From: Cellvibrionaceae bacterium
Lineage (GTDB): Bacteria; Pseudomonadota; Gammaproteobacteria; Pseudomonadales; Cellvibrionaceae
Direction: 5' to 3'
DNA length: 64,000 bases
NCBI GenBank assembly: GCA_024707385.1
Contig: JANPZW010000013.1
Span: 379,465-443,464 of the forward strand
A program made the position numbers and the translations under genes. The notes below the pieces were generated by a model. The model was given only the letters and a program-made list of their open reading frames with translations, did not search any database and was not told where the DNA came from. Positions 1 to 9,703 of this stretch are shown here, in pieces. How positions within the stretch are numbered: the first letter of the stretch is position 1; each line of letters begins with the position of its first letter.

Positions 1-103
1 ACCTGCGCAAGGAATATCACGATAAATTCGGCGTAGGTAAAAAGAACTAAAAGACCGGAACAAGCGCGCCCGCCGGCGCGCCTTTTGCACCAAACTCCAC
101 TGC

Positions 104-2017
104 TTAAAGAGTCTGCAGGGTGCCTTCATCGCTGCGGATGACATTCACCGGTATCAGCTCCCCGGTGGTCGAGTCGTAATCGAACACATGCCAAAAGATC
201 CCCACACCCTCCGGCACCCGGAAGACCTGCACGTCCGCGCCATCAAGGTATAGCTCCACCACCGCACCGGAATTGGCCAAGGTGGTGCTCTGCAGATTGG
301 CGCCGGCACTGAAGTCTTGGATGTAGTATCGGTAAAGTCCGCTCTGCCATCGCTGAATCGTTACGGTTTCCGGGCCGAAGGAATCGACATCGTCCACGTC
401 GAGCGTCGCCCCACCCACAGCCTTTTGGCTGAAGTACAAATGGAATCCCGGGCCGAGCAGGTGGGAGTCAAGATCGAAAGGCTCCCGCCCCCAGGACAAC
501 ACCATCCGAGCCATGTCGCTCTCTCCGAATACCGGTGACAGGGCGACGCGCACCGCCACCACCGGCTCGTCGATAGTCACCGACACATCGCGCACCCACT
601 CCTGATACCCCTCGGCAGTTACCACCATACGATAGGTGCCAAATTCCACGGGAACATCGAAACTGTCGCTCACAACCTCGTCCACCACCAGCGTCTCGGC
701 GGCGTAAAGGCGCACCCTCGCACCCGTCATTGGCGCCGTGTTGGTGGCATCGAGAATATTTCCCGTGACCCGGCGACCGCCGGGATTGGCCGAGCCGTCG
801 ACCAACAGGGAGGTGATCTCGACTCGCTCACCGTTGGCGATAAGGCCGGTGAATCGCTCAGCCACGCCCATGTTGTACACGTTCAGGCTGTAGTCCACCG
901 CGCGCCCGGCGACATGTTCCAGATAAACCTGGTAATAACCACCCGCCGCGCCAGCCGTCCAGGCCATGTTTTCGAAGAAACTGAAGGAGTCGCCGCTCAA
1001 GGTGCCGGTTTGTACCACTGGTGCGTACCCCTGACAGGAGCTGGGCGGCTGGCCGCCGACCGTCACATTGCCGCAGGGGTCCTGCACCACCACTCGCACC
1101 ATGGCGCCCTCCTCCCAGCGCAACACCAGGCGCGGACTGCCGGCCTGCCCCGGCTGGTCCGCCGCGCTGGCCGGATCGAGCGGCGCTGCGACCGGTGCAC
1201 TGGAGAGGTTATTGCGTCTGCTCTCCCGGCCCACGATAAACCCCACAGCGCGCAACATTAACGGCTGATCGCCCAATTCGGCCTGCAGCTGCATAAACAG
1301 CAGTTTGTTGCCCATGGTGGAGATGCTGCTCGACACCAAAGGCACACTCAGAGTCTGGTGCGTCTGGCCCGGCTGGAAGGTCAATACACCACGTGTGGGA
1401 AGGTAATCTTTATCGGCCAACGCACTGCCGTCCTCGGTGGCATAAGTAAAGAGGATAGGCTCCCGCGCCGGCTCGGCAAGCCGCACGACAAAGTTGAGCT
1501 CGCTCTCACCCTCCTGCACCGCTACAGACGCCAGGGTCACCGGCGCCGATACCGGCAGAATCATCACCGCCACCTGAGCGGAGTTGACCTCTCCCGAGCG
1601 GGTAATAGCGGCCAGACGGAAAATCGCCGTGGCGGGCTCCGATACCTCCGGCAATACGACCTGCGTATGCAATTGATTGGGATTGGCGATCACGCTGGCG
1701 GGTCCCGACACCTGCCACCAACGCACTTGGGCAATGGTGTCTGCGCTGGAATAGGCTTGACCGCGCAGCGTCACCAGAAGATTGGCGTCACTGTATTGTT
1801 TGGTACCAGCGCTCACACGAACGGTATTGCTTTGCACGGCGATAATGCCATCCAGCAAATCCCAGTCGAAATACGGCAGGTCGCCGGGTGGCACAGGTTT
1901 ACCCTGGCTGGAACCTGTCGGCTCGCCTAATAAAGACTCATCAACGGTGGAGGATTGTTGCGGGGAGCAGCCACTGAGAACGGCGATCAAGCCGAGAGTA
2001 ATCGTCCAATACTTCAT
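104..2017 (-). CDS. Multidomain surface lipoprotein (PKD-like, Calx-beta, carboxypeptidase-regulatory-like, two YfaP/DUF2135-like domains)
   Basis: 637-aa ORF; lipobox LSGC; RWWQVSGP (PKD-like); YATEDGSALADKDY..GVLTFQPGQT (Calx-beta); LSW..DLDSHL..GPETVTI (YfaP-like). Confidence 0.75.
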   Translation of the reverse strand: MKYWTITLGLIAVLSGCSPQQSSTVDESLLGEPTGSSQGKPVPPGDLPYFDWDLLDGIIAVQSNTVRVSAGTKQYSDANLLVTLRGQAYSSADTIAQVRWWQVSGPASVIANPNQLHTQVVLPEVSEPATAIFRLAAITRSGEVNSAQVAVMILPVSAPVTLASVAVQEGESELNFVVRLAEPAREPILFTYATEDGSALADKDYLPTRGVLTFQPGQTHQTLSVPLVSSSISTMGNKLLFMQLQAELGDQPLMLRAVGFIVGRESRRNNLSSAPVAAPLDPASAADQPGQAGSPRLVLRWEEGAMVRVVVQDPCGNVTVGGQPPSSCQGYAPVVQTGTLSGDSFSFFENMAWTAGAAGGYYQVYLEHVAGRAVDYSLNVYNMGVAERFTGLIANGERVEITSLLVDGSANPGGRRVTGNILDATNTAPMTGARVRLYAAETLVVDEVVSDSFDVPVEFGTYRMVVTAEGYQEWVRDVSVTIDEPVVAVRVALSPVFGESDMARMVLSWGREPFDLDSHLLGPGFHLYFSQKAVGGATLDVDDVDSFGPETVTIQRWQSGLYRYYIQDFSAGANLQSTTLANSGAVVELYLDGADVQVFRVPEGVGIFWHVFDYDSTTGELIPVNVIRSDEGTLQTL

Positions 2018-2227
2018 TACATCATTCCTGTTATTCCGCCCTCACTCGTATAAGCATGTGTATTTGAGGAGGGTTATAGCCAACCAATCGGGCGGTCGGA
2101 TGTTAGCCAAACTGGCAGCTAAATCAACACGGCAGCACGGGTATTATGATTTCAGTCACAAGAAGCCCGTTTGAATTTTTCCTGGCCTCGTGCTTTATTC
2201 CCCATTCCCACGCCAGGAAAGCGAACC

Positions 2228-2638
2228 ATGACCAAACCCACCCGCACTCCGATTGTTTTGTCTCCCGGCGCCGGCCGCCGCTATTCCATGGGACCTATGG
2301 AGGCGGTCTTCAAAGCAGATGGCGAGGAAACTGGGGCGCACTACTCCATTTCCGAGTGGTGGCTGGAGCCGCATACCACTGGTCCGGGTGCCCACTCACA
2401 TGAAGCGGACGATGTGTTTTATGTAATCGAGGGGACCATGTCGTTTCTCGTTGACGAAACATGGGTGGACGCGCCGCAGGGATCTTTTGTCATGGTGCCA
2501 GGCGGGACGCGTCACGATTTTGAAAACCGCAGCGATGCGCAGGCTGGAGTGCTCAATTTATCCATTCCCGGCGCTTTTGAACCGCATATGCCGATGATCG
2601 TCGACTGGTTTCGCAAACATCCGCCGGGGCGCGCCTGA
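2228..2638 (+). CDS. Cupin domain protein
   Basis: Cupin motifs GPGAHSHEADDVFYVIEG and VPGGTRHDFEN; start taken at ATG 2228. Confidence 0.85.
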   Translation: MTKPTRTPIVLSPGAGRRYSMGPMEAVFKADGEETGAHYSISEWWLEPHTTGPGAHSHEADDVFYVIEGTMSFLVDETWVDAPQGSFVMVPGGTRHDFENRSDAQAGVLNLSIPGAFEPHMPMIVDWFRKHPPGRA

Positions 2639-2685
2639 AGCGACTCTAAAAATTAAATCCCACATAATTTCTACTCGGAAAAAAC

Positions 2686-2708
2686 AGTGAGTACTTGCAC
2701 TCACTTTT
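2686..2708 (+). terminator. Probable intrinsic terminator after the cupin gene
   Basis: Stem AGTGAGT/ACTCACT, 6-nt loop, followed by TTT. Confidence 0.5.
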
Positions 2709-2864
2709 ATCTGCGCAATTCAGGTGAATAAATTATTCAACCAGGTTAATCAATTCGCCCAATTTTTTTCCCTTCTCCAAGGTATCTGCTTTACTTAAAA
2801 ATGGGCCCGCTTTCCGCCAGCGAACGGGGTGCTGCAGCCATTTGATTATCGTATCGGGACAGCT

Positions 2865-4189
2865 ATGAAATCCTTGGAATCCAAGACCGCAGGCAACGCC
2901 AGAGCAATGATCGGCCCACTGAGCGCCGCCCTTCACGACATCGCCCAAAAAGAAAATGACTATCCCGTCGACCAATTATTGAATTCCCTGTTAAACGCCG
3001 CGCGCAATCGCCTCTCCATGGAAGTGGCTTTTATTGCCGAATTCACCGAAGACCAGCGGATGTTCCGCTATGTCAATTCCAAACCCGGTCTGCATATCGT
3101 CAAAGCGGGCGAAGGCGGTCCCTTAAATGAGAGTTATTGTCTGCGCGTGGTGCAAGGGCGCCTGCCCGAATTAATCCGTGATGCGCAACAGAATGAGGAA
3201 GCGATGACTCTGCCGGCCACTCGACTGGTGCCCGTCGGCGCTCATTTAAGCGTGCCAATCCGCCTGACCGATGGCTCTATTTACGGCACCTTTTGCGCGT
3301 TCAGCCGCAACAAAAATGAAAAACTCGATGCGCGCGATCTGGCTTTTTTGCGCGTGCTTGCGGATATTTCCACGGTTTATCTCGAACATCATCGGCAGCT
3401 GCACGCTTCGGATCAGAAGCAGCGGGCACTGCTGCAGAATATTCTCGACAAGCAACTTATTCACACCGTTTTCCAACCCATAGTGCGCTTGCGCGATGGC
3501 CGCGCCACCGGTTATGAAGCGCTGACCCGCACTCCAGTGCCCCAGATGCCGCCCGACCACCTATTTAAATTGGCTGGCGCTCACGGGATGAACGACGCCC
3601 TGTGCGAAATAGCCATCACTACCGCATTCGCCTTGAGCAAACCGTTTGCGGGGGACACATACATCAGCGTCAATGCCGGGCCGGGGGAGTTGCTCAACGG
3701 AGTGATCGAAAAATTATTCCGTCAGGAAAAAATCCGTCCCGTTATGTCCTGGAAATTACCGAACACGCCATAGTGAACGATTACAAGGAAATGATGCAGA
3801 GCCTGAATCAACTGCGCCGGCTCGGCGTGCGCATCGCGGTGGATGATGCGGGAGCGGGTTATGCGAGCTTCCGCCACATACTGTGTTTGAAGCCGGACAT
3901 CATCAAACTGGATATGAGCCTGGTGCGCGCAATTCACGAGGATAAAGACCAGCAGGATCTGGTGGCCGCACTGGTGGAATTCTCCCGCCGGCGGCGCACC
4001 TCACTGGTGGCCGAGGGAGTGGAGACGGAGGAAGAACTCAAACAATTGTTAACACTGGGTGTGGAATATGTGCAGGGATATCTACTCTCTCGTCCCTGCG
4101 ATGCCAGCGATCTGATCGGCAAACTCTTTCATCAATACGCCTGTGAAAAACCCACTGGCCGTCAGGGGCGCACTGGCGCCGCATCCTGA
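2865..4189 (+). CDS. GAF-EAL c-di-GMP phosphodiesterase; frame break at A6 run 3727-3732
   Basis: GAF part (SYCLRVVQG, YGTFCAF) in ORF 2829-3773; EAL motifs YEALTR, LEITE, DDAGAGY, IKLD, AEGVET, QGY continue in ORF 3602-4189; one extra A joins them. Confidence 0.85.
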
Positions 4190-6051
4190 TCATCCTCCGG
4201 CGCCTGATCTTCCTCCGATGGCAGTTCATCGGGAAGAAAGCCACCAGACTGATGATGCCACAAAGCGGCATAGCGACCGTTCAACGCCAATAATTGTGCG
4301 TGCGAGCCCTGTTCCACGATACGTCCCTGATCGAGCACGATCAGCCGATCCATACGCGCAATCGTGGAGAGGCGATGGGCGATGGCGATGACCGTTTTGC
4401 CTTCCATCAAGCCCAGTAACTGTTCCTGAATCGCCACCTCAACTTCACTGTCCAGCGCCGACGTGGCTTCGTCCAAAATCAGAATTGGCGCATTTTTCAA
4501 AATCACCCGCGCTATGGCGATGCGCTGGCGCTGGCCACCGGACAATTTGACGCCGCGCTCGCCCACATGAGCGGCATAACCGGTGCGGCCCTGCCAATCC
4601 ACCAGACCGGTAATAAATTCGTGCGCGTGGGCTTGCCGCGCGGCGGCCTCCACCTCCGCATCGGTGGCCTCGGGACGACCGTAGCGGATATTGTCGGCAA
4701 TCGACCGATGCAGCAGCGAGGTATCCTGGGTCACCACGCCTATGGCGCCACGCAGACTTTCCTGGGTGACTTGGCGCAGATCCTGGCCGTCGATGGTGAT
4801 GGCTCCGCCATCCACCTCGTAAAACCGCAGCAGCAGATTGATCAGCGTGGATTTCCCCGCACCGGAGCGGCCGACGATGCCCACCCGCTCTCCCGGCCGC
4901 ACCCGCAGCTCCAGACGTTCGAGCACCCGGCGTCCGCCGGCGTAGGAAAAATCCACCGCGTCAAAATGGATTTCGCCGCGGCTCACCTGCAGATTTTTTG
5001 CATCCGCCGCATCCACCAGCGTGTGCGGCACCGCGATGCTCTGCATGCCCTCCTGCACAACACCCATATTTTCGAAAATGCCGGCAATTTCGAAAGAAAC
5101 CCAGCCGGACATATTGGCGATCTGCCACGCCAGCGGCACAGCCGTGGCCACCAAAGCGGCGCTGACCGCACCCTGCGCCCAGAGCGCGATGCCGATGCCG
5201 GCGGTGCCGGCAATCAACAGTGCGTTCATCACGTTCAGGGTGAAAAGGTAAAAACTCATGATGCGCATATGCGCCGCAATAGCGGCTTGGTGATCGTCCA
5301 CGGCTTCCCGCACATGGGCGTCTTCATCCACTGCTCGGGCGAATAATTTCACCGTGAGAATATTGGTATAGCTGTCGACGATGCGCGCCATCAAAATGGA
5401 GCGCTGCTCCGAGGCGACTTTGGACAGGACCAGCAAACGCGGCACAAAGAAACGCACAAAAAATACATAACACGCGATCCAAATTGCGGTTGGCACCGCC
5501 AGGCGCCAATCGGCCCAGAACATCAATACCAGCGAACTGATGCCGTAAATGGTAATAAACAGCACCGCGCGTATGCTGGACATTACGCTTTCACGCAGGG
5601 CATTCGCCGTCTGCATCACCCGGTTGGCGATGCGGCCGGCAAAATCATTCTGAAAAAAAGGCCAGCTCTGGCGCACCACATGCCAGTGAGATTGCCAGCG
5701 CACGAGATTGGTGGTTCCCGGTAATAAAATATTGTTCCGCACCGCCACATCCATTACCTGCAACAGCGGGCGCAAAAATAAAATTCCCGCCGCGAGCAGA
5801 GCCAATATAGGCCAGCGCGCCTGCAACGCCGCCGCCGGATCAGGCGCCTGCACCAGAGCAGTGATCTGACCGAGCATCACCGGCACCGCCATATCCATCA
5901 AGGCCACAGACAAAACGGTCGCCGTCATAACGCCGTACCAAAAACGGGTCTGGCGCACGTAGTGCCAATAGAAAGCGGCGAGGCGGGGAGGTGGTGTACC
6001 AGGGCCGACACTGGCGGTACCGCGAATGCGGCTTGCGAGAAAATCCATCAT
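4162..6051 (-). CDS. ABC exporter, fused permease/ATPase (MsbA-like type IV)
   Basis: N-terminal transmembrane domain; Walker A GRSGAGKS, signature LSGGQ, Walker B ILILDE, AHRLST. Confidence 0.92.
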   Translation of the reverse strand: MMDFLASRIRGTASVGPGTPPPRLAAFYWHYVRQTRFWYGVMTATVLSVALMDMAVPVMLGQITALVQAPDPAAALQARWPILALLAAGILFLRPLLQVMDVAVRNNILLPGTTNLVRWQSHWHVVRQSWPFFQNDFAGRIANRVMQTANALRESVMSSIRAVLFITIYGISSLVLMFWADWRLAVPTAIWIACYVFFVRFFVPRLLVLSKVASEQRSILMARIVDSYTNILTVKLFARAVDEDAHVREAVDDHQAAIAAHMRIMSFYLFTLNVMNALLIAGTAGIGIALWAQGAVSAALVATAVPLAWQIANMSGWVSFEIAGIFENMGVVQEGMQSIAVPHTLVDAADAKNLQVSRGEIHFDAVDFSYAGGRRVLERLELRVRPGERVGIVGRSGAGKSTLINLLLRFYEVDGGAITIDGQDLRQVTQESLRGAIGVVTQDTSLLHRSIADNIRYGRPEATDAEVEAAARQAHAHEFITGLVDWQGRTGYAAHVGERGVKLSGGQRQRIAIARVILKNAPILILDEATSALDSEVEVAIQEQLLGLMEGKTVIAIAHRLSTIARMDRLIVLDQGRIVEQGSHAQLLALNGRYAALWHHQSGGFLPDELPSEEDQAPEDDQDAAPVRP

Positions 6052-6310
6052 GGAAATAAATGCCTGCGAAATTAAGCGACGGAGTATCCCGTTTCGATAT
6101 TGGAGCCGTCAACTAAACACGGAATAACGCGGCGCAACCGCGCAGAAAAAACCACAAATCTTTGTAAAATCTACAATAAAAATTATGGCGTAATTTACTG
6201 ATTTTTTTACGATTTCTTATTGAACTGCACGCACCCGTTCCGGTCCTAAGAAGCATCCTGGCAAAAATATATTTTTGACCGGGATCTTCAAACCTAACGA
6301 GGATTGCAAC

Positions 6311-6496
6311 ATGAACAAAGATCAAGTGAAAGGTTCAGTTAAAGATGCCGTTGGTAAAACTCAACGCAAAATCGGCGAAGCCACTGGCAGCACAGAACAT
6401 CAATTGAAAGGTGCTGGCAAACAAGTGGAAGGCAAAACCCAAAAAGCCTACGGCGATGCCAAAGAAGCCGTACGGGATGCGGATCGCCGCCGTTGA
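6311..6496 (+). CDS. CsbD/YjbJ family stress protein
   Basis: MNKDQVKGSVKDAVGKTQRKIGEATG..KG..KQVEGKTQKAYG is the typical CsbD pattern; GAGG-containing RBS upstream. Confidence 0.85.
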   Translation: MNKDQVKGSVKDAVGKTQRKIGEATGSTEHQLKGAGKQVEGKTQKAYGDAKEAVRDADRRR

Positions 6497-6511
6497 TTCA
6501 TCCCAGAAGAG

Positions 6512-6536
6512 CCGGGTCTTTATAGACCCGGTTTTT
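6512..6536 (+). terminator. Intrinsic terminator after the CsbD gene
   Basis: CCGGGTCT-TTAT-AGACCCGG followed by TTTTT. Confidence 0.8.
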
Positions 6537-6870
6537 ATCCCCTCTATTTATCAGAACGTTGCTACTTATCAGTTCGCGTAAGCCGCTGATATTGGACACT
6601 AAAAACCGTTTGCTAATTTTTTGCGCCAGGATTAATCTCGCAAACCTGCCTTGCGCAGATTCCTCAATCACAGAAGTTTCTCATTTATGAAATCTTGTCC
6701 GACAGCTTCTAAGCGTATGTCCTCCGCGAGCGCCCCGCGCCGCCGGTGCCATTCGCTGTCTGTCGTTTAAATTTAACCGGACCGCGAACTGACCGCGGTC
6801 CGATTGAAAATTCCCTTCTCTATTTTTCCGTTCCGCGCTCGGTTCTCCCTGATTCAAGGAGATCGGTGCC

Positions 6871-7134
6871 ATGCACCTTTTGAAGCGCCTCTGCGCATGG
6901 TTGCGACTATACGAGAACACAAACGACAACAAATACAGCAACGACAAAAATAGAAACAACAAAAATAGAAACAACAGAATCAGCAATCAAAATCTTCTCT
7001 CGCAAGCTGCGGTTAATAACAGCATCGCACGCGATATGGGCGTGCGCGTCAGCCGCGTCCGACTGCCGTCCGGCGAGGAAATTGTGCTGGTTGAGCGCGA
7101 ACCGCAAGCAGAGGATGTGGACGGAGCCACCTGA
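6871..7134 (+). CDS. Small hypothetical protein with Asn/Lys/Arg-rich low-complexity segment
   Basis: 87-aa ORF with AAGGAGA RBS 7 nt upstream; no recognised family. Confidence 0.5.
   Translation: MHLLKRLCAWLRLYENTNDNKYSNDKNRNNKNRNNRISNQNLLSQAAVNNSIARDMGVRVSRVRLPSGEEIVLVEREPQAEDVDGAT
6944..6976 (+). repeat. 15-nt tandem repeat ACAAAAATAGAAACA, about 2.2 copies
   Basis: Identical units at 6944-6958 and 6959-6973, in frame within ORF 6871-7134. Confidence 0.8.
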
Positions 7135-7267
7135 ACCCGTATTCGGCAAAGGCTCATCCGCGGTCTTTTATCAAGCGTAAAACCGGCCCATAATCTCGCC
7201 GCTCTGGGCCTGCTGCGCCCGCGGCCGGCTCACCCGGATTTTCAGCAACCAACCTGCAGGGGGTTTT

Positions 7268-8308
7268 ATGGAATACCGATTATTGGGCCGCTCCGGCCTC
7301 AAAGTACCCGTGCTCAGCCTGGGCACGGGTACCTTCGGTGGTACCACCGAATTTTTCAAAACCTGGGGAAACACCGGCACGGAACAGGCGAGTCGCATGG
7401 TGGATCTCTGCCTGGACGCAGGGGTGAATTTTTTTGACACTGCCAATATTTACGATGCCGGCCTGGCTGAGCAGATTCTCGGCGAAGCGCTCAAGGGCCG
7501 TCGCGACCAAGCCATTATCGCCACCAAAGCCACCTTCACCATGGGCACAGGTCCTAATGACAAAGGTTCATCCCGCTATCATTTGATCCGCGCTTGCGAA
7601 GCGAGCCTGAAGCGTCTTGGCACCGATCATATCGATCTGTATTTCATGCACGGCTTCGATGCCCTCACGCCCGTGGAGGAAACTTTGCGCGCGCTGGACG
7701 ATCTGGTGACCAGCGGCAAGATCGGCTACATAGGTGCGTCGAATTTTTCCGGCTGGCATTTGATGAAATCTCTCGCCACCTCGGAGAAATACGGCCTTGC
7801 CCGTTACGTTGTTTACCAGGCCTGCTACTCCCTCGTCGCCCGCGAATTTGAATGGGAATTGATGCCGCTCGGCCTCGATCAAGGCGTGGGCACCATGGTG
7901 TGGAGCCCGCTTGGCTGGGGGCGTCTGACGGGCAAAATCCGCCGCGGCCAGCCGCTGCCAGAAGGCCGGCTGCAACAGGGCGGCGCCCGCGGCGGTCCAC
8001 CGGTAGAGGATGAATTCCTCTTCAATGTTGTCGACGCGCTCGATCAGGTCGCGCAAGAGACCGGCAAGACCGTGGCCCAGGTCGCTCTCAACTGGCTGCT
8101 GCAGCGCCCGGGCGTGTGCAACTTGGTCATAGGTGCGCGCAACGAACAGCAGCTCAAAGACAATCTCGGTGCGGTGGACTGGAAACTCACCCCCGAGCAG
8201 GTGGCGCTGCTGGATCGAGCGAGTTTTAAAACCCCTATCTATCCTTACTGGCACCAAACCGGCTTCGACGAACGCAATCCGAAGCCGACCGCTTGGCAAA
8301 ACGCATAA
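7268..8308 (+). CDS. Aldo/keto reductase
   Basis: LGRSGLKVPVLSLGT, FFDTANIY, GTDHIDLY, GKIGYIGASNF, WSPLGWG. Confidence 0.92.
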   Translation: MEYRLLGRSGLKVPVLSLGTGTFGGTTEFFKTWGNTGTEQASRMVDLCLDAGVNFFDTANIYDAGLAEQILGEALKGRRDQAIIATKATFTMGTGPNDKGSSRYHLIRACEASLKRLGTDHIDLYFMHGFDALTPVEETLRALDDLVTSGKIGYIGASNFSGWHLMKSLATSEKYGLARYVVYQACYSLVAREFEWELMPLGLDQGVGTMVWSPLGWGRLTGKIRRGQPLPEGRLQQGGARGGPPVEDEFLFNVVDALDQVAQETGKTVAQVALNWLLQRPGVCNLVIGARNEQQLKDNLGAVDWKLTPEQVALLDRASFKTPIYPYWHQTGFDERNPKPTAWQNA

Positions 8309-8320
8309 CCGAGGTGATGT

Positions 8321-9475
8321 ATGCAGAATTTTATTTTTTCCAATCCCACCAAAATCGCCTTCGGTGAAGGGCAAATTAAAGAACTCGCCAATTTACTGCC
8401 AAAGGACGCGCGCGTCCTAGTCACCTACGGTGGCGGCTCCATCAAAAAAAATGGTGTTTATGAGCAGGTAGCAGCAGCGCTGCAGGGCAAAACCTGGTTT
8501 GAATTCGGCGGCATTGAGCCCAACCCGCAATACGAAACCCTGATGAAGGCCACCGCGCTCGCCAAAGAAAACAAAATCGATTTTCTCCTCGGCGTCGGCG
8601 GCGGCAGCGTGGTCGACGGCACCAAACTGATCGCCGCGGCTATGCATTATGAAGGCGAGCCCTGGGACATTCTGGAAAAACACGCGCCTTTCAGCAAAGC
8701 CACGCCAATCGGCTGCGTCTTGACCCTGCCGGCGACCGGCACCGAGAGCAATGGCAACGCTGTGGTCACCAAGGCGGCGACACAGGAAAAGCTCTCCTTT
8801 GGCAGCCCGCTGGTCTATCCGCAGTTCGCCATTCTCGACCCCACCACCACCTACACTCTGCCACCACGACAGATCACCAACGGCGTGGTGGACGCGTTTG
8901 TCCATATCATGGAGCAGTACATGACCTACCCGGTCAACGCCAAGGTGCAGGATCGTTTTGCGGAAGGTCTACTGCTGACACTGATCGAAGAAGGCCCGAA
9001 AGCGATGCAAAACCCGCAGGATTACGAGGTGCGGGCAAACGTGATGTGGGCTGCGACTATGGCGCTCAATGGTTTGATTGGTGTGGGCGTACCCCAGGAC
9101 TGGGCGACCCATATGATCGGCCACGAACTCACCGCCATGCACGGCCTCGACCACGCCCAGACCTTGGCAGTGGTGCTACCCGCACTTCTGCAGTACAAGC
9201 GCACGCAGAAGCGCGACAAACTCATCCAATACGGCCGCCGCGTGTGGAACCTGCAGCACAGTGACGAGGATAAAATCATCGACGACGCCATCCAGGCGAC
9301 GCGCGACTTCTTCGAAAAAATGGGCAATCCCACCACTCTGAGCGGCTACGGCGTGGCGCCCGACTCCATCCCCAAGCTGGTTTCCATGCTGGAGAAACAC
9401 AAACTGCTGGCCCTGGGCGAACACGGCGACATCAAACTGGAAGACTCCCGCCGCATCCTCGAACTAGCCGCTTAA
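8321..9475 (+). CDS. yqhD: NADPH-dependent iron-containing alcohol/aldehyde dehydrogenase (YqhD-like)
   Basis: TYGGGSIKKNG, GIEPNP, GGGSVVDGTK, DWATHMIGHELTAMHGLDHAQTL. Confidence 0.88.
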   Translation: MQNFIFSNPTKIAFGEGQIKELANLLPKDARVLVTYGGGSIKKNGVYEQVAAALQGKTWFEFGGIEPNPQYETLMKATALAKENKIDFLLGVGGGSVVDGTKLIAAAMHYEGEPWDILEKHAPFSKATPIGCVLTLPATGTESNGNAVVTKAATQEKLSFGSPLVYPQFAILDPTTTYTLPPRQITNGVVDAFVHIMEQYMTYPVNAKVQDRFAEGLLLTLIEEGPKAMQNPQDYEVRANVMWAATMALNGLIGVGVPQDWATHMIGHELTAMHGLDHAQTLAVVLPALLQYKRTQKRDKLIQYGRRVWNLQHSDEDKIIDDAIQATRDFFEKMGNPTTLSGYGVAPDSIPKLVSMLEKHKLLALGEHGDIKLEDSRRILELAA

Positions 9476-9496
9476 CCGCCGCTGGCTCAGTACAAA

Positions 9497-9594
9497 TTCC
9501 CCTCCCCCGGAGGGGTGCCCAAAGGGCGGGGTGGTTAGGCTTCGATAGCGGCCACCCCGTCCGCATACGCGGCCACCCCTCCGAGGGAGGGGAA
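9497..9594. repeat. REP-like inverted doublet (TTCCCCTCC..GGAGGGGTG..CGGGGTGG and its reverse complement)
   Basis: 9497-9534 and 9552-9594 are imperfect inverted copies, each with internal hairpins; lies between convergent genes. Confidence 0.75.
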
Positions 9595-9602
9595 TATTCA
9601 AT

Positions 9603-9690
9603 GCCCTTCGACAAGCTCAGTGGATAGCCTCAAAACCCGGTGCTGAGCGAAGTCGAAGCCCGCCCTTCGACAAGCTCAGTGAGCGGGCTT
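9603..9690. repeat. Second REP-like cluster GCCCTTCGACAAGCTCAGTG
   Basis: Exact 20-nt direct repeats at 9603-9622 and 9662-9681, with an imperfect inverted copy CTGAGCGAAGTCGAAG at 9643-9658. Confidence 0.8.
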
Positions 9691-9703
9691 CATAACCACA
9701 GGC

